A stretch of DNA of 64,000 nucleotides from an uncultured Nitrososphaerales archaeon (GCA_963695855.1 CAVOHZ010000008.1:96001-160000); one strand, 5' to 3'; positions 23,480 to 33,814 are shown, numbered from the stretch's first letter. Notes: generated by a model not told the origin, from the letters alone. Numbers and translations are program-made.

Positions 23480-23935
23480 TTACGGTTCTTGTTCTTCTCT
23501 CCAGCCCCATATCCCCTTCTTTTTCCATCTTATATAAGCAAAAATCCAAGTCTTGATCATTAACCCTACATCATATGAGCTATAGTCACTTGACCAATCT
23601 TCATCAGGTTTTAGATAACAGATAGTATTGTCTATGAACATATGGGGAGTTTGTGTTGGATCAAGATCAGGTTCTATTATACGTACTTTAGGAGGAAACA
23701 AAGGATAGTCTTGAACATATTCTATTAGAAAAATAAAGCATGTTTTTTCAAAGCTTCCTTCAATTTGAAGTTGTGTTACAGGTAATTCAATTACTAACCC
23801 AATATTCCCATTGTCCATAATGTGAAACTTCCATCTGGTATTCAATTCAAATGCTCCGGCTATCTCGTTTGCTTCGTATTGTATACTTCTATCACCATTT
23901 CCTACTACATTAATTGAGTTGTTCAAGTTAATCAC
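23480..23935 (-). CDS. E2 (UBC-fold) ubiquitin-conjugating-like protein
   Basis: 'DYPLFPPKVRI...PHMFIDNTICYL...W' matches the UBC YPxxPP / H-x6-C pattern. Confidence 0.85.
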   Translation of the reverse strand: MINLNNSINVVGNGDRSIQYEANEIAGAFELNTRWKFHIMDNGNIGLVIELPVTQLQIEGSFEKTCFIFLIEYVQDYPLFPPKVRIIEPDLDPTQTPHMFIDNTICYLKPDEDWSSDYSSYDVGLMIKTWIFAYIRWKKKGIWGWREEQEP

Positions 23936-25184
23936 TTGTTGGAATGCCTTTGGAACATATTTGGCAGTCGGGTATCCGTTCTAATATACGGTCTTCCTGA
24001 TATAAGACAAATGTTTCTACTTTATGATCAGGTAGGTTCTTATTAAACCAATAATAAATATCGGACTTGAATGATCCATCCATGTCTTTTTCTTCTAATA
24101 AAGTACTCAAAATAAATTTTACCGTTGGCAGGGTTATAAGATCAATATCTATTCCTAGCCCTGGTTGTGTCAACATGTCCTTTATATCTCTTCCATAATT
24201 TTTAATATAATTTTTATCTATAATTTGTGGCTTTTGAAATATTGTGTCATCACCATATTTTTTATATATACATCTATAACATATGGATTTTTTACGTGGG
24301 TCTATCCTTATCATTATTCCTCCAGTGATTTTTTCAAATGCACCTGCAAATATAATTGGTATATTTCTTCTGTAACCAAATTCATTAATCGATTCATTCA
24401 TGATATTGTCTCCTGTAGCAGAAACTATAAGGTCAGCCTTAGACAATAAATGATCAAAAAAATCTTCTATATTTCTATTTTCTCTAGAAAAAGGTTTTTC
24501 GATTGTAGTAATGTTAATTATAGGAACTCTGTCTAGAATATAATCTTTAACGGCTAATGTTTTGTATCGTCCAACATCCTTCAAAGAACAAATATGCCTA
24601 ACTATATTATGATCCATTATAACATCACCATCTATTAAAGTTAAATTTCCTACTCCACTCTTAGCTAGATGCAATGCTATTAATGAACCACCAGAACCTA
24701 GCCCTATTATTGCAACGTTTTTTTTATTAATTATTGATAACGGATATTCAGGAGTAGCAATCCTGAGATATAAATTTGAATAATCCTGTATAATAACAAG
24801 TATTTCGTATAAATTATTAGTCTCACTATCTTTGATAAAAATTTTTAAAGAACTTTCCTCTATTAATTCTTTCAAAGATATTTTAAATTGAGGAAGATCT
24901 GATATATTAAAAGTTAAATGAGAGTTGGCTAATATAATATTACCTAGATTGGGTAACTGATACGGTCGTGTGTTGTTGACGATTTGATCAATTCTTTGTA
25001 TTTGATATGTTGATTCATCAATGATAAAACCATTAACGGAAAATAGAAACTTTTCATTATTTTGGAATTTTTTGTCTAATAATATTTCTTTAACAGGAGG
25101 AAATATAACTAGAAATATAGTTTTTGTGTTTGTATTTGTTTTATCCTTATTATATAATATTAATTTATGATCTCTCATTGACAT
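23928..25184 (-). CDS. ThiF/MoeB/E1-like adenylyltransferase
   Basis: IIGLGSGGS..A..LAKSGVG.LTLIDGD...NIVRH; CYRC and C-terminal CQIC Zn motifs. Confidence 0.92.
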   Translation of the reverse strand: MSMRDHKLILYNKDKTNTNTKTIFLVIFPPVKEILLDKKFQNNEKFLFSVNGFIIDESTYQIQRIDQIVNNTRPYQLPNLGNIILANSHLTFNISDLPQFKISLKELIEESSLKIFIKDSETNNLYEILVIIQDYSNLYLRIATPEYPLSIINKKNVAIIGLGSGGSLIALHLAKSGVGNLTLIDGDVIMDHNIVRHICSLKDVGRYKTLAVKDYILDRVPIINITTIEKPFSRENRNIEDFFDHLLSKADLIVSATGDNIMNESINEFGYRRNIPIIFAGAFEKITGGIMIRIDPRKKSICYRCIYKKYGDDTIFQKPQIIDKNYIKNYGRDIKDMLTQPGLGIDIDLITLPTVKFILSTLLEEKDMDGSFKSDIYYWFNKNLPDHKVETFVLYQEDRILERIPDCQICSKGIPTSD

Positions 25185-26178
25185 TTTTAGCTTTCTCCTT
25201 TAAATAAATATTGGATAAAGAAAAAGCTTTTAAACCTGTAAATACATTTTTTAACCTCCTTTTCAAGACACTAATTCTTGTCTTATCACTTAGATGAGAA
25301 GTCTTATCACTTAGATGAGAAGTCTTATCAATATAATATTGTGATCTATCCACCATATTTTTTATTTTAGGCAATAATTCTACTCTATTAAAAAAAATAT
25401 CTGAAAATAGAATTTCTTCAACTATTTTAGTAAATTTACGATCTAATGTAACGCCGATACTAATTCTATCATTCATAGATATATTGAGATGTGGAAATTT
25501 AATAAATACAGAATAGACAATTTTATCCTTTGAAGTATACCAATTATCATTTGAACTGTAAATTTCTTCATAAAATAATTTATAATTCCGAGACTTATTA
25601 GATTGTGAATGGAGAAATGTTTTGCCAGTATAGTCTTTCAAATTTTTCGATAGATTGTCAACGAAATTTCGAACGTTTATTGTTTTACCATTAAAAAATT
25701 TATTTGACTGTTGTATATTAGTTATCCTCTTTATTTGAAGATCTTTTTTAACAAATTCATTTTTATCAAAATAATAATTAGTGGCTATGAGATTATAATC
25801 ATAATCATAAAAATCTATTATTAATGATAAATAGTTTCGTTTATGGCTATTCTGTAAGAGAAACAACTCAGCTTGTTTATCATCACCATTACTGGGACCG
25901 CCATATCCTAAATGCTTATGCCAATTTCCTAGATAAGTCAGATTATTTCTTTCCATTTGTTTGGTTATATTTATTGCAAAATCTTCATCCATTTCAAAAT
26001 AGACAGGTGTTCTTTTTGCATTAGCTGATGGTAACTGAATTATTTTTAAGATTATTAGATATTCTCCTATGATCCTACCAAAAAGTAATCCACCTGTTTC
26101 AACGTTTTTGTGACTATTACTTTCTTCGATGATATCATCAATTGTATTCTCTGTTATGATTAACTTGTTATGACTCAT
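25165..26178 (-). CDS. JAB/MPN+ metallopeptidase domain protein
   Basis: ETGGLLFG and GNWHKH...PSNGD (JAMM motif). Confidence 0.88.
   Translation of the reverse strand: MSHNKLIITENTIDDIIEESNSHKNVETGGLLFGRIIGEYLIILKIIQLPSANAKRTPVYFEMDEDFAINITKQMERNNLTYLGNWHKHLGYGGPSNGDDKQAELFLLQNSHKRNYLSLIIDFYDYDYNLIATNYYFDKNEFVKKDLQIKRITNIQQSNKFFNGKTINVRNFVDNLSKNLKDYTGKTFLHSQSNKSRNYKLFYEEIYSSNDNWYTSKDKIVYSVFIKFPHLNISMNDRISIGVTLDRKFTKIVEEILFSDIFFNRVELLPKIKNMVDRSQYYIDKTSHLSDKTSHLSDKTRISVLKRRLKNVFTGLKAFSLSNIYLKEKAKNVNERS
25280..25330. repeat. 21-bp tandem repeat (about 2.4 copies) in the JAB gene
   Basis: gtcttatcacttagatgagaa x2 + gtcttatca; encodes DKTSHLS repeats. Confidence 0.9.
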
Positions 26179-26333
26179 TGTAATGTATAAAAATGTTTAA
26201 TATTGGGAATGGTTACTTTGCCTGTATCGACATCAACCATATTATCTTCATCTTTTCTTCTAAGAACTACTTCTGCAGCTTTATTTTTTATCCCTTCTAA
26301 ATCTTCAAACACATGCTTCAAATCTCTGGGCAT
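26175..26333 (-). CDS. 52-aa peptide, first gene of the JAB-E1-E2 operon (absent from the ORF track)
   Basis: Manual translation MPRDLKHVFEDLEGIKNKAAEVVLRRKDEDNMVDVDTGKVTIPNIKHFYTLQ*; its TGA overlaps the JAB ATG (ATGA); TATA-like box upstream. Confidence 0.72.
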   Translation of the reverse strand: MPRDLKHVFEDLEGIKNKAAEVVLRRKDEDNMVDVDTGKVTIPNIKHFYTLQ

Positions 26334-26353
26334 GATATTATATATTAATAAGA

Positions 26354-26363
26354 TATATTTAAG
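26354..26363 (-). promoter_or_regulatory. Putative TATA box of the peptide-JAB-E1-E2 operon
   Basis: cttaaatata on the minus strand, 21-30 nt upstream of ATG 26333; weak given the AT-richness. Confidence 0.4.
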
Positions 26364-26402
26364 CTCTGTTAATTTAAGCTATATTCACTTCTTCCATTCA
26401 AT

Positions 26403-26655
26403 TCGTTAATAAAATAATTCTCCAATATTGTATCATTATACATAGAAAGGAAGAATTGTAACCAGCTATAAACGTGAAATAGATTGCATTCATTTGTGAT
26501 ACATGAATAGTAATCATGGATAGTAATCATCAAAAGATTCAGTCCGATCCTTGAAATACTGGTTAACTCTTTCCATCACATTTTTCTGAAATGGTGAATG
26601 TAGATAATGTTTTAATTCAATTACGTTACATGCTTTATCGTACCATCATATACCA
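26403..26655 (-). mobile_element. IS6 transposase C-terminal remnant
   Basis: Homologous to 57151-57425 (MERVNQYFKDRTESFDDY). Confidence 0.8.
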
Positions 26656-26659
26656 CGCA

Positions 26660-27276
26660 GATTCCCGCTTGACATTTAAAAGCTGATTATGTTGAAACAT
26701 GTAATTGTGATTATGGCTGTCCATGTAATTTCAACGGGGTTCCTACGTATGGTTTTTGTAGAGATTTACTATTATATCATATAAGAGAAGGAAATTATAG
26801 AGTTATAAAATTAGATGGTTTAGATGTATTTAGTGCATGTTCTTGGCAAGGCAATACCTGAAGGAAATGGCACAATGCAACTCTATATTACTAAAAAATC
26901 ATTGGAAGATAATAATGCAAAACATGCATTAATTGATATATTTTCAGGTAAAGCTAAAGGAGAAGATCCTTTTGCTATCTTTGCAGGGACAATAAAATAT
27001 TTTCTTGAACCTCAATTTGTAGATATCAATGTCAAGATAGATGGAAAGAAAAGTAGTTTCTCTGTTCCCGATATCATGGATGTACAATTAGAAAGTTTTA
27101 TAAATCCTGTAACTGGGGAAGAACAAGATACAAAGATACAACTACCAAAAGGGTTTATTTGGAAACTTGCAGAAGCAGCAAAAACAAAGATAATGCGTAT
27201 TACTACTCCAAGTTTAAATTTTGATGATTCTGGCAAGAGTTCATTTTATTCAGTTGTAGAGTATAGAGGACCATAA
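26660..27276 (+). pseudogene. DUF1326-like protein, 5' end disrupted and frameshifted
   Basis: Manual translation ADYVETCNCDYGCPCNFNG.PTYGFC upstream of ORF 26824; sits next to DUF2182, the usual partner. Confidence 0.75.
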
Positions 27277-27395
27277 CTGTAGTAATAATAATAAATTCTC
27301 TATCTTCGGATTTCAAATTTGATTGGAGTGGATCATAATTTTAGTAAGTAATTAAGGTTAAGTATTTTAAAGTAATTAAGGTAAAATATTTTATA

Positions 27396-28211
27396 GTGTA
27401 TAAAGTACAAAAAATAATTCTTGTATCTCTAATCTTTGCTTCTTTGATAGCATGGATGTTCTCTATCAGGCAACCTGCCATAATGATGGATACCATGATA
27501 ACACTAAATCCTATTACAGTATTGCTATTTACTTTAGTCTGGACAGTAGGAATGGTTGCCATGATGTTTCCAGCTATTGTTCCTATGGTGTTATTGTATA
27601 ATCGATTGATAATTGCAGAGAATAAGAGTGATTATCTTTTTGATATTTCTAAACAAAAAAATAAGCGACAATTTCCATTAATCTTTTCCATTAATTATTC
27701 TGTAATGACGATAGTTTTTGTTACATCTTATCTTTTAGTGTGGTCATTAACTGGAATTTTACTCTTGTTGTCTTGGTCTTTCTTAATGAATAACTTCTTC
27801 ATAACTTATGGAGCAAAAGAATTAGATATTGTGTATGGATTGCTACTTGTTATTACTGGGCTATACCAATTTAGTTCATTAAAAGGAAAGTGTCTGGGAT
27901 ATTGTGAATCTCCTTTAGCCTTCTTTACGAGGAGATGGAAAGGAAATGGGATAAGAGGTGCAATAAAAATGGGAACATATCATGGACTATATTGCTTAGG
28001 GTGTTGTTGGCCTTATTTTCTATTAATGGTAGCATTAGGATGGATGAATATAGCATGGATGGGTCTATTTGCTGGAATAATATTTGGAGAAAAAATATGG
28101 TCAAAGGGAATATGGATATCCAGGTTTTCAGGAATTGCTTTTGCTATTGTAGGAACCCTGACTATTTTTGGAATGATTACATTGCATAATGATATTATAA
28201 ATATGCGTTAG
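27396..28211 (+). CDS. DUF2182 metal-binding membrane protein
   Basis: 'AMMFP', 'YQFSSLK..CL..C..P', 'GLYCLGCCW', 'EK' motifs. Confidence 0.88.
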   Translation: MYKVQKIILVSLIFASLIAWMFSIRQPAIMMDTMITLNPITVLLFTLVWTVGMVAMMFPAIVPMVLLYNRLIIAENKSDYLFDISKQKNKRQFPLIFSINYSVMTIVFVTSYLLVWSLTGILLLLSWSFLMNNFFITYGAKELDIVYGLLLVITGLYQFSSLKGKCLGYCESPLAFFTRRWKGNGIRGAIKMGTYHGLYCLGCCWPYFLLMVALGWMNIAWMGLFAGIIFGEKIWSKGIWISRFSGIAFAIVGTLTIFGMITLHNDIINMR

Positions 28212-28466
28212 TAAATTCATTTTGTCAAAAAGAAGATGATTCTATAGTGTTATAAGATTAATTATAAAAATATCTTTTAAGAATCGAGTTCGCCTAAATA
28301 TTCAGTAAGCTAGTCTGGAGTGGACTCGTCAATGAGTAGGGTTCGACTTGTATTTAGCTTTTATTATTAGAAACTTATTTTGAATTAATAATAATAAATA
28401 TTATTATAATAATAAGTTTGACTGTACATTTCCGAGAATATTATAGAAGCACATGAACGTAAAATT

Positions 28467-28531
28467 TGGGGCAAAAATTTAGGTCAGATTTGTTTCACAT
28501 CCCACTGACCCCATTTATAAATGGATTCATA
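28467..28531 (+). repeat. att-like site 9 (A arm+core, R4 arm)
   Basis: tggggcaaaaatttaggtcagatttgtttcacatcccactgaccccatttataaatggattcata. Confidence 0.88.
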
Positions 28532-28584
28532 TACTTTTTGTGTATCATACCATTTGTAGAAAAAAAGGAGGAATAAACCGGTGA

Positions 28585-28885
28585 ATGCTTATGAAACTAA
28601 TTAATACCATTGGAAAAATTCAAACGGTTCCAAATTCTACTACTAAATAAATATTAAATAAATTTCTTGGATATATGAAAGGTAATGGTTCTTCTTACTA
28701 TCATCAAAATAATAATCTAAAAGTTGTTATTCCATTTGCCATTTATTTGGATCCATTACTACATTCTATAATATCAATAAAAAAGAACAAATACTATCAT
28801 TTCTAAACATAAAAATAAAGAATCAAGAAGATGACCCAGATAAGAGATGGATTACAACATGGAACAATCACCTGGCTACATGTTA
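28585..28885 (+). pseudogene. Integrase family 2, N-terminal remnant
   Basis: MKLINTIGKI...YMKGNGSS..HQNNNLKV...DPDKRWITTWNNHL; paralog of 30906; stops and frameshifts. Confidence 0.7.
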
Positions 28886-28956
28886 GCAATCATAAGATTC
28901 ATCGAAAATCGCTGAATAGCGAAATACAGGATCGTAGAATTCTATAATAGGTTCTA

Positions 28957-30051
28957 TTATACGAAAGAAACATGTGAAAGGAACAAGTCGTCAAAAAATT
29001 GAATAAAATCCTTATTATTAATAACATCATCTCCAAATATCCCAAAGCTTATTACTTTGCCATTTCCATATTCCAATTCATAAGCAGCTATAAGATAATT
29101 GTACATAGATTGAGCTTTATAATCTATTAAAATATTTACATTTGGATTGGTTATATATTGCTCTTCGTGATGAACGTATGAAAATGGATTGTTATTAAAA
29201 TCAATAGAACATGAACTACCACAACCGAAATTACTACCCACCCATTCAGTAGTTTCATCAGCCCATCTTTCTTTAATATCTCTCCAAGCCTTTTCTCCAT
29301 CGAAAGCCCAACGATGTCCTTGAACGAGTGTGATCTGCTGATCCATTGGATCATAAATAACTTCAGTATAGAATACATTTGAATCAAGTAAAATAAGGAT
29401 ACCGCCGTTTTCTACAAATTTTTTGAAGCTATAGTATTCTTCTTGAGTTACATATTCTTGGTGTCCTAGAATAATAAATTTATAGAGATTTTCGGCTTTC
29501 TCACTAAACAATAAACCATTATGTATATCTATGTCCGTTAAAAATGATACTTCCATATTCGGGGACAGGAATGAGATGCGATCAGCTAAATGTTTTAAAC
29601 CACTAGACTTCTTATTTAAAAATGCTAGTTCCTTGGTAGGAACCTGAGATGATAATAACTGAAGATCTGTAGTTACGAATTCATTTTGAGTAACTTTGCC
29701 ATATTTTTTAAAAAAAATATAAAATGAGTTGTCATAGGCTGCCATAGTGAAGGTAGGCAATACAAAGGCTATTTTGTTATCCTTTTCTTGGCTAAAAGGA
29801 GTAACGATAGATTTTCTATCCTCTTCAAGTGTTGGGCCACTTTTATATGAACGAAAATCTTTTATAATTTCTTTTAAATAGTAATTTTGGATAATTGTGT
29901 TATCTAAATTTTTTTCATCCATTTCGCTTGCATATTCATCTTCAAAATCATAATAAGTCTTCTCACTTTGCGAAAAAGTATTACCAACGGAGAGTATAGA
30001 TGAAGAAAAGATCAGAATAACAGACAGTGCCAAATTAAAAGTAATAAGCAC
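28957..30051 (-). CDS. Exported protein, N,N-dimethylformamidase beta-subunit-like domain
   Basis: PTFT.AAY, LGHQEYVT, FVENGG.L..LDSN.FY pattern; signal peptide. Confidence 0.6.
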   Translation of the reverse strand: MLITFNLALSVILIFSSSILSVGNTFSQSEKTYYDFEDEYASEMDEKNLDNTIIQNYYLKEIIKDFRSYKSGPTLEEDRKSIVTPFSQEKDNKIAFVLPTFTMAAYDNSFYIFFKKYGKVTQNEFVTTDLQLLSSQVPTKELAFLNKKSSGLKHLADRISFLSPNMEVSFLTDIDIHNGLLFSEKAENLYKFIILGHQEYVTQEEYYSFKKFVENGGILILLDSNVFYTEVIYDPMDQQITLVQGHRWAFDGEKAWRDIKERWADETTEWVGSNFGCGSSCSIDFNNNPFSYVHHEEQYITNPNVNILIDYKAQSMYNYLIAAYELEYGNGKVISFGIFGDDVINNKDFIQFFDDLFLSHVSFV

Positions 30052-30685
30052 AATTACTTATTCCAAAAATTATTTAAATAGGGAATGTAGGACTCTCTCT
30101 ATACATTTGTTAATGCTTTCTTACAGTTAGTATCTTATTTTTTCTTATATAGTGACAATATAAAATAAAATTATATCCTTATATTCTTAGTAACAAATCT
30201 ACAAACGGTAACTTTTAAAAATCGGATCGTTATATAATCTACATACATCAATAACATATCTTATCAATTTATCATGGTCCATAAATCCATGAACCATGCA
30301 ACAAGGCAGGAAAGTTATCAAATTTAATTAGAGAGAATAACAAGTATTATGTCAGTTGGAAATGAGTTTTCCACTCGTTACCTCTCTAGAAGCATATATT
30401 GCTGAATTAGAAGCTAAAATATCGAATGTGATAATCACAAAAAAACTAAATAACAATCGAAAATACAAATTACAAAAGACGTTATTAGATTCTAATTCAA
30501 GAGGCAATCAAGATCAGACTTAAATAGATCATCCTGAAGCAATATTTTAAGGAAATTTATCAACGACTAAAAGAAAGATAAGTTCTGTTTGTTATTTGAT
30601 CCAATAACGAAAAATCCATTTGCTTTATAATATTGAAATAAGTACGGGATTAACTGTTATTAAAAAATCTTTAATCTAAAGAAGT

Positions 30686-30845
30686 AACTGGTCGCACTTT
30701 ATAGAAGGGTTCACATCCTACTGGTTTGACTACGAAGCCATTGAACCCACTTTTATAATGAAATATATAATGCTAATTAAAAATCCATTTTTTAGGTCAA
30801 ATTTGTTTCACATCCCACTGGCCCCATTATATAAGTGGGGTCATA
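30686..30845 (+). repeat. Double att-like site 10 (B arm+core, linker, A arm+core, R4 arm)
   Basis: aactggtcgcactttatagaagggttcacatcctactgg ... taggtcaaatttgtttcacatcccactggccccattatataagtggggtcata. Confidence 0.92.
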
Positions 30846-30905
30846 TACTTTGAATTTGATATTAGAATTTGTAAAGAAGGATAAGAGTAAGAGTAAAGAA
30901 AGAAA

Positions 30906-31380
30906 ATGTCACTAAAACTATCTACAACAATAGGAAAGATTAAGAATATTCTTAATACAAAAAATATAGAGATTATAAATGAATTCCTTGAGTATATGAG
31001 AAGTAATAATTCTTCAGAACATCATCAAAATAACAATTTAAAGGTCGAAATATCATTTAGTAATTTTATAGGTAAAGATAAATCTTTTTATGGCATCAAT
31101 AAAAAAGAACAAATTAGAATTTCTTAATACTAAAATTAAAAACTATGAGGAAGCTTCTGATAAAAGATAGATAACTACTTGAAATAACTATCTAAATAGG
31201 TTTAGACTATTTTATAGATGGTTGTATAATCATGAGAAAGATATTGATCATGAAAATTGGCAAACTCCTGAATTAAAATAAAGAATAAAAAAAGTAAAAG
31301 AATATCCTCATACCTAGAAAGGGAAATTTGGGAAAAAATCAATTATTATCAATAATCTAATACGAGCCTTATACTAGGAA
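30906..31380 (+). pseudogene. Integrase family 2, N-terminal remnant
   Basis: EFLEYMRSNNSSEHHQNNNLK, then broken frames NNYLNRFRLFYRWLYN...SSYLEREIW (SAM-like integrase N-domain). Confidence 0.72.
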
Positions 31381-31482
31381 TGAGGTCGCTTGGAAATTTA
31401 GAATACAAATGTCATAAAACATCAAATAATAGATAGCTAAAAATGTATCTACGATCTTTGGTTAGTCAGTATATTTTGGGAA

Positions 31483-32346
31483 TTAATCATAGACATATCC
31501 CAAATCTATTGTTTTACGTAATTCAGATTCATTGTAAGTCCAAGGATCCATTATTGCATCATTACCATTGAGAGAAGGATGTAAATTCAGATGGTCTTCT
31601 TGCCACTGACTCCATATACGATCAATATTGGCATGATGTAACCAAAATAAAATATCAACAGGAGATAAGCTAGTAGCCATGATGCCTCCTACCCAGCGGT
31701 GAAGTCTATTATGTGTATCGGTTTCTAATCCAAATGTTCTATATTTCCAGCCTTCTAGTGCATCAGTAAATTTTGTGAAAGTTTGTTGTTGTTTTACTAT
31801 ATTTATATCACTTGAAGGGGGTAATCTATTAGCATTCGGATCTAAACCTGGTCTTCTTTGAACGTTTCTTGGTATGCCTTCAACAACTACGGTCGGAGTA
31901 AAATTTTTTAGCCAATCGGGAATATCTGTGTCTACAGTCCAATCCCAATATGGAATATATAGAGAAGGATTCCATGCCCTTAACCCTTGTTCTAATTCAA
32001 ATACATACGCTCTATGCCAAGGCAAAAATCTTTGTGCTCCAACCTGAGGTCTTGGCATTTGTGGGTGTCCATGCATATTGTGATCCATGTTTGCATGATA
32101 GGATGCAAGATTACCATATTCTCCAAGGTTTATTAAAATTTCTATTCCTTCTAAAAACAATTCTTTTTCTTCTCTTGCCATTTGAGATTGATTTTTTCTA
32201 ACTAATGGTTCTGCAGTTAATCTTCTAATTTCTTCATCATCATGTGGTGTAAAAAAAAACATAGACAAATGTGAATGTCGATGCTGTGCTTCCATATTTT
32301 TTGTTCTTAATGCAAAGTCAGGTATATTCATATCTTTAATTTGCAC
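31483..32346 (-). CDS. Tyrosinase family (type-3 copper) protein
   Basis: CuA H...H...FLPWHR; CuB HNRLHRWVGG...D.LFWLHHANIDRIW. Confidence 0.93.
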   Translation of the reverse strand: MQIKDMNIPDFALRTKNMEAQHRHSHLSMFFFTPHDDEEIRRLTAEPLVRKNQSQMAREEKELFLEGIEILINLGEYGNLASYHANMDHNMHGHPQMPRPQVGAQRFLPWHRAYVFELEQGLRAWNPSLYIPYWDWTVDTDIPDWLKNFTPTVVVEGIPRNVQRRPGLDPNANRLPPSSDINIVKQQQTFTKFTDALEGWKYRTFGLETDTHNRLHRWVGGIMATSLSPVDILFWLHHANIDRIWSQWQEDHLNLHPSLNGNDAIMDPWTYNESELRKTIDLGYVYD

Positions 32347-32578
32347 ACATATTTATTAAGATTATCGGTATTCGCATTTAATAAATTCGACAAATATTTT
32401 CCTTATTAATAGATATTATATAATGATAATTGAATAAATTGAATATTTATTTTTACAGGACATATTATCACATATTATAATAACAGGATTGTAATTTTAG
32501 AATACTTCTTTTAAAATCTTAATAATCGTATAATAGGATAATAATGTCTCATTACAATAAAAAAATTCTTAATATTGT

Positions 32579-32602
32579 AATTTTTTCGGCGCCGAAAAAA
32601 TT
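32579..32602. repeat. 24-bp perfect palindrome (copy 2)
   Basis: aattttttcggcgccgaaaaaatt. Confidence 0.85.
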
Positions 32603-32875
32603 CTTAGAATTTGAAAAATATTTTAAGATGTAAGATATAACTTATATCATCATATTGTGATTTATCCATGTTTTTATATTAGTGTGATAATTTGGTATTT
32701 GTATTACTTATTGTATTTGGTGGTTAAATTTAAATAAGATATATTTTAATTACATATATAAAAGAAATTTTTTATTAAATGAACATTGTTATTTTTATTT
32801 AATTTTATTTGCTTTCAAATTTGATAATAAAAATTTTCACGATTTATTAAGAGCAATATATTTTTATATTATTAT

Positions 32876-33799
32876 TTGAAGAGTGTATTTATGACTAAAA
32901 AATTTAATTATGGATACATAATAGGTATTGCAATTAGTGTATTGTTTTTACTAATAAGTACTAATGGTATAGCTGCACAAGATCAAACTAATACTACTAA
33001 TACTATCGCACGACAAAATCAAACTAATACTACTACTATAGCTGGAGGACTGAATCAATTTAATCCAGTTCCATTTAACCAGATACCATTAGTTGTAATA
33101 AATCATACAAATGGCCAATACAAATTTGGAGCCGATTTTTCTCTTGATTTTGGAGGTCTCCCAGTAATAGACCATGATATCAGTGCTACAGCTGTTCCTA
33201 ATATGCGATTAGATAAAGATGATACTAACTTAGCTCTTGAATTACAATGTGATCCTGACGACAGATGTGATGCAAGTTTAGCCCCTGATAATGTTAAAGT
33301 ATATTTAACATCTATTTCTATATCTGATAATAATATTGCAGAAAATTCTATCCCAACACTGGAACTTGGAAGTAATGATTGTGGTAATCTTTCTATAGAG
33401 GATTGTGCAAACTTTGATTTTACTATTCCTAGAAATATAGTTCTTCAAGAATATAAAATTGTAGTAGAGATGTCTTTTGATGAAGCAGAATGGATATTTA
33501 TAAATTCTGTTGAAATAGTAGATTCAACATCTATAGCAAACAACAATGTGGAAGTTAGATGTGGTGATCTTGTTATCGATCTCATAACATGGGATCTGCT
33601 AATAGGTGGAACAGATGAACCGACAAGGACAAATATTGAAGATATATTAGGTGATGAGAATGTATCACCTGCTTTAATAGATGATATAATTGATTCACAT
33701 CTTGAAAGACTATTAGTAGAGGCTAAAAATAAATGTAATAATCTTGATGAAAATGTAAAACGAGTACTTCAAGAAGTAGACTTTGAGTATCTTCCATAA
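32876..33799 (+). CDS. Exported hypothetical protein
   Basis: Signal peptide, N-x-T sequon repeats, Cys pairs. Confidence 0.7.
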   Translation: MKSVFMTKKFNYGYIIGIAISVLFLLISTNGIAAQDQTNTTNTIARQNQTNTTTIAGGLNQFNPVPFNQIPLVVINHTNGQYKFGADFSLDFGGLPVIDHDISATAVPNMRLDKDDTNLALELQCDPDDRCDASLAPDNVKVYLTSISISDNNIAENSIPTLELGSNDCGNLSIEDCANFDFTIPRNIVLQEYKIVVEMSFDEAEWIFINSVEIVDSTSIANNNVEVRCGDLVIDLITWDLLIGGTDEPTRTNIEDILGDENVSPALIDDIIDSHLERLLVEAKNKCNNLDENVKRVLQEVDFEYLP

Positions 33800-33814
33800 T
33801 TCCTTTTTTTAATC

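Noticed and set aside
23480-26333. CBASS type II
   Set aside because: No CD-NTase or effector is adjacent, and E1 and E2 are separate genes. The patatin gene is 12 kb away in another context.
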